Below, piece by piece: positions 53,244 through 64,000 of a stretch of 64,000 nucleotides of DNA. The position numbers and the translations under genes were made by a program. Every line of letters starts with the position of its first letter. The stretch's first letter is position 1. This DNA is from Paramecium tetraurelia (Eukaryota): the NCBI GenBank assembly GCA_000165425.1, contig CT868607.1, positions 1 through 64,000 of the forward strand. Reading direction: 5' to 3'. Under the pieces are notes generated by a model. It made no database searches, had not been told where the DNA came from, and was given only the letters and a program-made list of their open reading frames with translations.

Positions 53244-56200
53244 TCATTTTTTATATTGATATTTAACAGGGGCAAAATCGGCACTAACTTCGACTCCGTT
53301 GATTGTTAACTCTCCACTAACTCCGAAATCTAGATAGATTCTATGAGCAGGAAGTTGCTGGAATGCATTTTAAACAAACAATACACTTAGATCTTTTTCG
53401 AAACTTAAATAATTAGATAAATAAAGTACTTCTCCTATGGTGGCTATGGGAAATTGTTATAGATGATATATTTATCAAAAGTGATGCTAGACACAGTCAC
53501 CTGATACTTTTCTTTGAAGAAGTCTAAGAATTATCCTAGAGTCATCTATTAATTAATTGTGATTCTGTCCCAAGCAGTCCATTCTAAGAATAAATCTAAT
53601 AAATACTTTCTGGAATGGCTTTAGTTGGTCCCAACAAGAGCACATTGTATTCTTAGTCTAAATGTTCTCCAGGTGGCAATGGCTCTGAAAACAAGAAAAG
53701 TGGCAATGCCAAATTTATGAAGGCATTTCTCATCTTGGTGACATCCTTTTTGAGAATATACTTAAAGATTTCGAGTCCGACTGCTCCCACAATCATAGCT
53801 GTTGTTGTGGCCAATGCAGGAATGATCTTGCCTGCAATTAATTTGACTTGGAATGGTTGTACTTCTGGGATCTTGTAGTTTCTGGCTCTCAAATTGGAGA
53901 CTGCAGATAAGAATTCAATATGCCAGTTAGTTGGATCATCCTTTTCAAATGCACATTCTTGCAATTGCTTAGTAACTTCCTTATTCTCAAGAGTCAACTT
54001 CTCTAATTCTTGAGTCAAGGCTTGGATTTGTGTTTCATCATCTTCAGATTTCTCTTCCTTTTGATCTTTCTCATTTTCTTTTATTTGCATTTATTTTGGG
54101 ACATACTATTAGACTTAGACGGTTGGCAAGATCTTAGCAATCTCATCGAATTTGTCTTGTTTGGGTAAACCAAATATCTATGAGAAAATGTTAACAGCAC
54201 TATGAATGAATAGTTGATGAAGAGGATCATTTTGATCAAATTCAATTGGTGTTGGTGGTCTCTTAGGATTGGTCCAAAACAATTAACCTTCTGATGTTCT
54301 GTGATCAGGTGGGAAACAGTAAAGTAACTATTTGATTTAATTGCAGAAAATGTCTTAGAACATATTTTTAGTCAAAGTTACAATAGAATGTAATGAAGGC
54401 TTCTTAGCAACTTCAGTAAATTTCTTGACTGATTCTAATTTTGGTCTTAACACTCCTGGTTGAGTTTTAAGTTCATTCAAAATTCTCTTAAGATAATTTT
54501 CTGGATTCTCTAGATATTTGATGCAATCTTGAGATCCATCTTCAAAGAATCCTGCAAAGTAATCTCTGGCCCATTAGATGGTATGCTCAATTTAATAGGG
54601 GAAGTTCTTCAATGTGCATAAAGGAATAGATTCCTCAGGTGGATCCTATGATTCACTGTAAGATTGTGTTTTATTTGGGAGAATCAATTGGGAATTGCAT
54701 TTAGTACCAAGAGTTCCACTTTCAAATAATGGCTTACCATAATAGCAACATTGATTATCAATATATTTTCTAGCATGAACATTGTCAACTGCATTGATTG
54801 CAATATCTAATCCATCCCAAAATTGATCATTGAAGATTGGTTCATTTTATTGTCCAACTCTGAGAGCATATGACTTGAATTTGGATGCTTTATTCATTTA
54901 TTCACCTACTTTGCATGCTGTTGCTGCCTTGTTAGATCCCACATTATTTTTTCTAAATAAGAATTACCTATTCAAATTGGAAACCTCGATATTATCATCC
55001 GTCAGTAACAGTCACTTTAACCTGAAGCACCACTGCCACATCCCATAAGTGCAAACATTTTGATGTATTCACATCCTAAAGCACCTGCACCAACCATAAA
55101 TAAATTTGAGTTTTATAATTAGTGTAATGCTTCTCTTCCGAAGATTGCAACATAATCATCATATTGATTATTCAACAATGTTCTGTTGACTTCAGTTTCA
55201 GGCAAAGCTTCAAAGAATTCACTGTGTAACCATTGTCTGATTGGAGTGAATTTACCTGTGTATTTGACTATTTCTTAGGCCACAATACCACCCCAGAATG
55301 AAGTCAAGGGAGTTATTTAAGTTGAGAAATACAATGCAGTGTTCTTTACCAATTGCTCATCCAATTCTGCTTTTAAAGCTCCTTCTCCTCTGTCTGAATT
55401 ATTGATTTGTTATGCTAATTCCCACACTTTTTAGGCATCCTCCTAATTCAATAATCCTGGCCATCTGCCATTTTATTATGTGAATTATAATAATGCATTG
55501 TATGAGATGTGTAATTGTTCTGGTCTTCCAATCTTTTCCCAATCCATCAAATCTAATTCATTCTTGCCTGGTGCAAATGGATGACTCAATGATGCATTGA
55601 ATGATTTGAATGCAATATCTTCAGGAACCTTCACTTACAATGCAATGCCCTCTCTCAAATATTAGGAGAAGCCTGTTGTATCTCCAATGCTGAACATGAA
55701 TGGGGATTTCACCTTTGAATATTCACATACATAATCATACCTTTATCTTAAAGATCTTATCATTCACTTCTGCCATTCCAACCACTTCTCTGAATGTGAT
55801 ACTGTCTCCATCCTAAAATCCATGTCTCTTTTCTTCTATTGTACTCACTATTCCTTCCACTTCATTTGTAATTCCAGCCACAATTGCCTACTTTGGTTCT
55901 TCACCATTTGGATCAAAAATTTAGAATTTCTATTAGAGATATAATCAAATATTATACATCTGAGAAATCAATGAATGTCGATCCAAATAATCCTGAAGAA
56001 TGAGCCAAAATGAATCCATGTCCTTTTTGTCTGACTGCCTCATTTACTTCGGTGATGAATTTCTAATCCCAAACATCTGTCAGAACCACGACTGAATATT
56101 CACTCAAACTGGCTCCATTCAATTACCCATTGTATATTTCCACACTCACATATGGGTTCAATTCTTTCAATTATTTGATTGCTGCATCTTATCTTGTGAC

Positions 56201-56472
56201 CTTTCCTACTTGTTCGAGTGTGGCATAAAAATTTGAACCCAAATCAGCTATAGATAACACTGTTGGATCATATACGGTTACAGATTTTGGCCCAGCCAAT
56301 ATCAAATTCTTGGCTATCTCTAATCCCAACTTGCCATAATAAATCTATATACCCCTCTCAATCCATGAATGAAACACTTCATTTAGATCAGTTTGGATTA
56401 AGTCTCGGCTCCCAACACAGCCACTTATCTTGAATATAAATTTTCGTCAAAGTTTGTTTCCTGTTATTGCAT
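53244..56472 (-). CDS. UBA1: Ubiquitin-activating enzyme E1
   Basis: [48 protein letters not shown], catalytic [26 protein letters not shown]. Confidence 0.97.
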
Positions 56473-56613
56473 TTAAAATATTATTTAAAGATATTTATTT
56501 CAAGAAATCACTTAAATCATTATTAATCAACTCTTTCTATATTACTGATAAATTCTTATTCAAATAGAAAATTGTATTATTCCAAAACAACCACAATCCC
56601 TCAATACTCTATT

Positions 56614-57614
56614 TCACTTGCTGAATCGGATTCCTACCCTTTTTGGATCTTCTCTTAAAACTCCCCCAAATAAGTTCCCAACTTTCAATACTTTCATCTA
56701 TTCTATTATATTTTAATCTAATTGCATTTTACTAACTCAAGAAACCCATCAATGTAGACTTGCATTCATCACTCCTTATGAATTTGGTCCAATTGGTTGA
56801 CCTAAAACAATGTTTGCTAAGTTTTAATTTGATACATAAATGGTTATACGGTTGAGAATAAAATAAATAACTCATATATTTCTTAAGTTTCTCCATTTAA
56901 ACAAATGGGTTGCATCTTAAGTCTTGAATTTAGTATCCTAAGAGAAGTGAACCCTTTTTTTATTACTGATTGCTTTCTCAGTTTTTGCATCTAACGATTA
57001 AGAATACTTTTAAGACGAATCACTTTTTAATATTCCTCTCATCTCCTTATGCGGAACTGTGATGCATTCTAATTGTGTGCTTTACAATTTTTCAATGCCT
57101 AGACTTGAATTAAAGGGAAAATTTAGGTTACTATTTGATTCATTATAATTAGGAACTTTGGAGGAACACTCATTAGATTTTGATGGATTTTATTAATGAT
57201 TTAATTCAGAATAATGTGATTATAATGCTTCGAATTTATCCTAAATATATCTAAACTTTATAGAAATAGTTACATTTGCTTAATTCTTTCTCTGACTTCA
57301 CACTCGATGTCTTACATAAATCGATTTTCTCTCCTTGGAACCATAGATTAATGAAATTATTTATTTTAGACAAATGCTGGTACTGGGTTGTTTTCCAAAT
57401 TACTCGATTAATTCTCCTCCAGCATTTCAAATGTGTTATCCATTTCACTTATTTAAATTGTTCCTTTCTATGTTGTCTTTAAAGTCTAGTTTTCAATTGA
57501 AAACTGTCGTTTTATATTAAAATTCTATTAATTCTAGATCACCTGCACTTCAGAATCAGGATTCTATTCTCTGTTCGAACACTCTCTCATACAACAAGTG
57601 TGTTAAATTCCCAT
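56614..57614 (-). CDS. Hypothetical protein with possible N-terminal acylation motif (MG..CC); 3' end uncertain
   Basis: Starts MGIQHTCCMRECS; long code-6 frame. Confidence 0.5.
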
Positions 57615-58418
57615 TAATTATAAAATTAATGTTAATTTATCTAATTAATCTAATTAAACTAAATCCTCAGTTTAGAACCAAGAAATTTGCGCTAAATGCT
57701 TTCCTTGTTTATACTCCTCTATGGAGTTAAATTTTAGGTATCTAAATGTGGATAGAATTTAAAAGAAAGTCTCAAACTTCAAGTTTATAAAACTGAAATA
57801 CTGGTTCTTACTAAGGACTAAGTTTTGATCAAAATAATTAGTTAGTAGACAAAGATTTTAAAAAGATGACAAAAATAATTACATTCTCATTACATAAAAA
57901 ACATCGATCTGCATACTTAATTAAAAGTACATTGATTTAAAAAGTAAACGCTCTTCATTTTTATCGAAATACTTTATTTAACATCATTTCATTATAACCT
58001 TTGTACATAAGAAGAATCAAAGAGACTGCTTGGTTTTAAATTAAAATGTTTAAGAAAGCAATAAAATCATCTAAATTATTTCTCCATTCCTCCCCCTCAT
58101 AGTTATAAAAAGTTTCCATCAAGTCAACCTAGTCAGTAGATATCTGACTGGTGTCTGTTTTCTCTGGGTTTATTAGAATAAAAAGGGAACTTTTTTAAAT
58201 ATATATTGAATTTCTTTATTCCAATAAAACATTTAAAATACTATTAATTATTGTAATTGTTTTATTGATTCACTACCTTATCCTCTAATAGTATACTCAT
58301 TATTTGGATATCCAAACATAAATTTAATAAGGAGTAGATTCATTTCCATATGAATTTGTGAAATTTAGAGTTTATTAAGGTTTTATGGGATTTGAAATTA
58401 ATTTTAAAAAAAAATTCA

Positions 58419-58800
58419 ATGTAATACGTTGCTGCATATGCTTTGTTGACTTTAGGCGGAAAAGCTAATCCCAGTATGATAATCTATTAAATACTTAGGT
58501 GAGGCTGATGTTAAGGGACTATTGGCTGAAGTTGGTGTAACAGGATCAGATGCTGAAATTAAGACTTTAGTAGATTCTCTTAAAGGAAAGACATTGTAAG
58601 AAGTCATAGCAGAAGGATTGAAGAAAGTTGGAACACTTTCCTTAGGAGGAGGATGTAAATAAAGAGATATTAACAATTTAGCATCAAAAGCAGCTCCAGT
58701 TGCTTCTTAAGCATAACCAGCTAAAAAGGCTGAAGAAAAGCCAGTTGAAAAGGCTCCAGAGCCAGAAGAAGACGTCGACATGGGTGGCTTATTCGATTGA
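58419..58800 (+). CDS. RPLP2: 60S acidic ribosomal protein P2
   Basis: MQYVAAYALLTLGG..LKGKTLQEVIAEG..EEDVDMGGLFD; two mini-introns. Confidence 0.96.
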
Positions 58801-59230
58801 TGAAAGAAAAAGTACATTATACATTATACATTAATTGTGTTATTTTCTTAATTTCTGCATCGATTAATTGCTATTCTTTTTTGAATTCATTTAATAAAAG
58901 TGGAAAAATATTAGTGAAGTATTAATTATTCAAAGTTTAATTGGAATAGGTGTTTACAATCAAAAAGGATGATTAAGAAGATTAGGATATATTTGCTTAT
59001 AATTTGATTCTAATAGTGTAATTCATGAGTCAGTCCTATATCTTTGTCTAATTATTTAATTTCAAACTTCTGATTTCCCAAAATTTTCTATGATATATTA
59101 TATCTAAACTGATATATCATTCAATTTGACCTTTATAAATAAAAAATGTAAATATTTTATATTATAATATAATATTATTTATCTCTTAAGTATAATTATA
59201 CATTAGAAGATTATTTGATCAATAGAATTT

Positions 59231-62200
59231 TCATTTTCCATGAAATTTTTGATTTGATTGTTTTTTGATGACATTCCTTGCATCCTACTCACTTAATTTA
59301 GCCAAAAGATCGAATCTTGTAAGATTTGCAACCTCATCAAATTTTCCATCGTGTGAATACTAAACTGATTGTAGTCTATCCTTCATTTTGTTCTCTTCAT
59401 TTTATTTTTGCAGTATATTACATTACTCTTCTTCTAAATGTTCTAGATCACGAATTGGAATCATTGGAGCTTCTACATTTCTTATATTAACCCAATCTAT
59501 GTCCTTAAAAAAAGGATCCTGTTTTATTTCATCTATTCCTTAATGACCCAATCGGATGTGATAGTTTGGCTCTAATAATTTGTTGATTAAATTATATGCA
59601 TTATTAGAAATCATGTCTTCCCCATCTCCAATTTCTGGCCATTCAATAGCCCTCATTGTTATATTTTCAAATACTTTGGGGATACTTTTATCATTGAATG
59701 GAGGTATACCAACCAAAAACTCATACATTATTACTCCAAAAGCCCACCAATCTATTGAAAAATTTGATATCGACTATCCAATAATAACTTCAGGGGGAAT
59801 ATAATCTGGTGTTCCTATAATTCTGTTCTATCTTTTTCCTGAAGATGATTTATCTTAAACACTGTTCTTGCTGGGATAATTTTGCATATGAAATTCTAAA
59901 TTGCATTTGATTTTTATCTATCTTTTAGAAACATTCTATGGTAGAGCTTCAGGATCGATTGATAAATTAATTCCATCTTTCCCATCCTTTATCTTTTGTA
60001 CTAAAGCTATCTCAGATAATCCAAAATCAGCCAATTTAATATGACCTTAAGAGTCAAGTAAAATATTTTAAGGTTTAAGGTCTCTATGGATAATTCCTTT
60101 CTTATGCAATGACTCAATAGCTAAAAGCAATTCTGCTAAATAGAACTTTGCAACCTATTCCGATAGTCTACCATATTAAAACAACACTTAACTAAAGTCC
60201 CCACCCATCATATATTCTAAAAGAAATAATAAACATTGATCTTAGATAAATGAATAGAAAGCTTTGACTACAAAGTCACCTTCTAATATTTCAAAGACGT
60301 TTTTCTCTGCTCTTAAATTTTAGATTTCGCTCATATTTTTATTACGACAGTCAATCACCTTCATTGCATAATAATCCTTAGTTTTTTTCTTGCTTACCAA
60401 CCAAACTGCACCGAAACCCCCTACCCCTAAGACAGATATAAATTCGAAGTCTTATAATGTTACATTTAACCTAAAAACTCAATTTATTATATTATTACAA
60501 TTATTTATTTTTAGCTATCTTCATTACTTTGATATCACCATCACTATAATATCCTTTATCCTTTTCTTCCGCATTTTCGAAATCCTTCTCTTCCACTTAA
60601 TCATCGAGGTTTAATGCCTTGAATGAGATGATATTGTTTTTAGATTTTTGAGATGAGTTATCCATCTCTAATGACTCTTCTGAACTGTTTCTATTGAGTC
60701 TTTTTATTTCCACACTTTCATCGGATTAAGAATTGTTCTCTTCATCTCCAAATTCACTTGAACTTTTCTTAAATGAGCTCTCTTGAATAGTATTATTCTA
60801 ATCATAATTGAAAAATACATTTTATTTATTTAGCCACTTCAACTTCTCGCAATTCTATAAGATTGGGCTTCTTTTTGGGGATCTACTGCTGAAGCCTTCT
60901 GTATTTTATTTTAATCCCAAAGGAGAATTGATATTATCTTGTTTATCTTCTTCTGATATTAATTTTTATAATCTAGATATTTTTTAAGTAAATTGGACTC
61001 TTTCCTAAGGATAATAATCACATTAATAATTACTTCAATTAACTTCAAAGCTAATTTAACTATGTCTTGTAGTTCTCTATCTTAAAAATCCCTAGTGTTC
61101 ATTAAGTTAACTTGAGTTTGAAGATCAAATTAAATTGATTGAGTGCCACTATTGATTTTAATTGTCTCTTCAGTATAATTGATTATAATCTTAAGGCAAT
61201 TTAATTATTGTCTCAGGTCTTTTAAGATGTCAACATTATCACTAATTTAAATATTTGCAATAATTCTTACTCAAATGAGGCAGGACTATCGAAGCCATTT
61301 GAACTTGGTGAACTTCCTTACAGAATTTCTCTTTAAGGAGAGTGTATGTATTATTAATTAGCCCTTTGTTTGCCTTTAATTTAATTTACATTAATTTCGT
61401 GATTCTAATCAAATAACCCATTTTAAATTGATTAATCTTTATTTTGCATTTCTACGATTTAATCAGATTCCGCATGCATCTTAACTTTATTCTGGGCTCC
61501 AATGAGTGCAAAACGAGACTTTCCTGTGTTTTAATGAGAAGCCTTATTTGTTTTTGATCCTGTGCCATCACTTATAGAGCCATCTAATTAAAGCTAATTG
61601 AGGGAAACCGATTGTCTCTTTCCGTTTTCATAAAGGTTTTGTCTAGTTTGCTTGGCCTTATGGATTTAATATTTAGTGTTGGTTGTACGAAATTTGTTTT
61701 AAGCCTATTCTGCTAATTAGTGGATTTAACAATTCAATTCTTATAACAACATCTTTGTTTCGTATACTTATTAGCAATTGGTGAGATGATTTGTAATGAG
61801 ATGAGCATCTAACTAAGGCGTCATTAACTTATTGATACTTTTTTCTCGCAAATTCTACAAATTACTAAAAGATCCTCATTTCTTTTAACTTCAATTATCA
61901 TTTAATAATAAAATTAATAATATGCAATCATTTCTTTTTGCTCTCTAATAATTTAATTTGTTTCTTCATTTACGAAGGATTCGAGAGTATATTTTCTTGG
62001 TCTTATAATTTCATTTTCAACTGCACGATTTCCATACTCTGCTCCTAAATTAGTTTGTAATCCTTACCAGACCTTTATCTTATTTAAGTGATAGATCTGA
62101 TCGTCCTAATTTTGATTCAAAACGTTTAGCATTCTTTCATAGGTGTAAATTTATTTCATCAAATTCTCGTTGTTCTGTTATAATTCCTATACACATTTAT

Positions 62201-62490
62201 TTAGCCGATAAGTTTCTTCTTCATTTTTCAACAAAATATTAAAGACCTGCTCATTCTCATTGATTTTTTTAAGATTCTTCAGAAAATCGCACTAATTTTA
62301 TAAATGCTCTATCTAACATTACTAAATTCAATACACGAACATCTTGAAGCACTATCCTATCCAAATATTTTGGGTAGTCCTACAATCGAAGAGTGTCCAT
62401 CAAGTGATCACATATTTTGTTTATTTCCTAATTCTCTGCGATTTTCTTAATGGCCAAGATCCCACTTCTGATAATATCAGGAAAATTCAT
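59231..62490 (-). CDS. AGC kinase of the Rim15/IRE/Greatwall (MAST-like) group
   Basis: ICRICE..H..C zinc finger; LGVGGFGAV, HRDLKPQNIL, DFGLS plus a long activation-segment insert, then GTPDYIPPE and DWWAFG. Confidence 0.88.
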
Positions 62491-62534
62491 TAATTAATAA
62501 TATTTAATATATCCAAATGTACGTATTATACTAT

Positions 62535-63213
62535 TCATTTCTTCTACTCTTTAGCATTCTTTCTCTTCTCTTTGACTCCAACGAATTTTGCATTGTACCA
62601 TTCTTGTCTAAGTCTACGATATACGTTCTTGGCTCTGAGCTCCTTAGAAATTACTGTTGCTTTCTCTCTTCTGGGTGTTCTTTAGAAAGTGATAACCTAG
62701 AAGTCATAAAATATAAAGTAATACTTCAGGATTAGTATTTTAAGTAACAGGTTAAGCAACAACTTCGTTTGCTGAATCTTTAACAACACCATTCTTTGGT
62801 TTGCCTGCTACTCTTGGGAAGAGCACTAATTTAGACAAGTATGCTTTGACTCTTTTGACATTGGCAGCCAATTCCTCTTAACTGTTATTTCTACGTCTAT
62901 GATCCACAGCGATTCCTACTGTTCTTGCAAATTAAGCATTGAGTCCAGCTTCCTTAAGCTCAATCAATGAGAATCCTCTTCCTAACTTTTACACTCCATT
63001 ATATTTAATTGTTTGTCCTCTCACTACTGGTCTAAGCAATTCAACAGGTCTTGGTGAGGCCCCTAAAATTCACATCAAATCATTACTTAATGCATTTGCT
63101 TGTCTTCTTTGTTGTCTTCTTCTTTTTGCAGCTGGTTAATTGTAGAAGGTCTTCACGAATCTTGTCCAGTGTTTACGCATGTGAGCATTAGGAAGTTGTT
63201 GATTGTGCTTCAT
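62535..63213 (-). CDS. RPL13: 60S ribosomal protein L13 (eL13)
   Basis: MKHNQQLPNAHMRKHW, PRPVELLRPVVR, GRGFSLIEL, GIAVDHRRRN, YLSKLVLFPR. Confidence 0.97.
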
Positions 63214-63538
63214 TCAGAATTTATATTTAAATAAAAATATAGATTTTTAAACTCACATTAAAATTTCTCAAATTTATTAATCCCATGATGTTTGCAAATA
63301 ATCTTATTTATTATAACAACCATTGTAGATATCATTCTCTCTTAACATCATTATTAAACTTTTATTTCCCTAAGATTTTTGAATAATATTATTAGGATAT
63401 AATAAGTAGTGCATCCAATTCTACTTCCCCATCCCAATACATTTTCTTTGATAACTAAAATCTAATCAACTGAAAAAAAGATGTTAGAAATTTTAATGAA
63501 ATACAATCGATGATAAACTATTATTTTTATTAATAATT

Positions 63539-64000
63539 ATGAAAAGTAATCATCTAAATTCAGATATTTGTAATACTCTAGTTTATATAGAACAGAAGAA
63601 AAATTGGATACTGAAAATCAGGTGCATTCAGTTAGATCTCTTTTGAAAAGTTGTGATTAAGATCAGGAAGTCATCCTACACGATATTTAGAATTTTAGAT
63701 AATCAAAACAAAATGATCAAAAGGGTGTTATGAGTCTTCTATTTGACTAGAAAAACAAGTATGTTCTTTTTGGAATCATATTTTATAGACCTAATTACGC
63801 CTGTAATATAGGGCCTAGATTAAGAGATGCGAGTTTACAATCTAATAAAACAGTAATGAATCTCAAAGAGGAGAGCCCTATCCTTATTGAAAGTCAAATT
63901 TCTAATGATCATCCTGGGTTTAGCAATAAAATTTGGAAGGCAAAAGCCTTGGAGATCTTGATGTTAACTCTTAGGTTCATAAGCTTTATCACAAAATCGA
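63539..64000 (+). CDS. 5' part of a gene running off the window; possibly the N-terminus of an ion channel
   Basis: ATG at 63539, two mini-introns, frame open to the window end (..IWKAKALEILMLTLRFISFITKS); the channel guess is weak. Confidence 0.5.

Noticed and set aside
58125..58155. Short hairpin AGTCAG-N7-CTGACT in the long gap before RPLP2
   Set aside because: A 6-8 bp stem is expected by chance and no snoRNA or tRNA boxes were recognised; the region may be a gene remnant on the minus strand
17893..62490. NEK, WEE1 and Greatwall/Rim15-like kinases as a cell-cycle cluster
   Set aside because: They are about 20 kb apart in a kinase-rich genome; no evidence of functional clustering

Overview
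This window is the left end of a macronuclear chromosome from a Paramecium species. Evidence: a mixed C4A2/C3A3 telomere at 1-48, very AT-rich sequence, the ciliate genetic code (TAA/TAG = Gln, TGA the only stop), GT..AG introns of about 21-30 nt, and very short intergenic gaps. The supplied standard-code ORF track is therefore mostly fragments or shadow ORFs, so I re-translated genes by hand with code 6. About 33 genes and gene remnants are present. Housekeeping genes include a cathepsin D-like protease, COG3-like, NEK/WEE1/Rim15-Greatwall-like kinases, PNO1, an SDR, QTRT1, UBA1, RPLP2 and RPL13. Several loci are decaying: FHIT, a hybrid histidine kinase and a multi-C2 gene. The most unusual loci are: (1) a secreted, intron-containing, bacterial-type class A beta-lactamase/PBP-fold serine hydrolase with intact catalytic motifs, a likely HGT; (2) a TSET/TPLATE TTRAY1 (TWD40-1)-like coat subunit carrying an inserted LamG-like domain; (3) a single-ORF, two-repeat 6TM-CNBD K+ channel with asymmetric pores and CNBDs; (4) a TCAB1/WRAP53-like protein; (5) an NDT80/p53-fold-like factor with a Gln-rich tail; (6) a MORN-pseudocalpain. 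All family calls are by motif recognition from memory. No database searches were run, and intron boundaries were inferred by eye.
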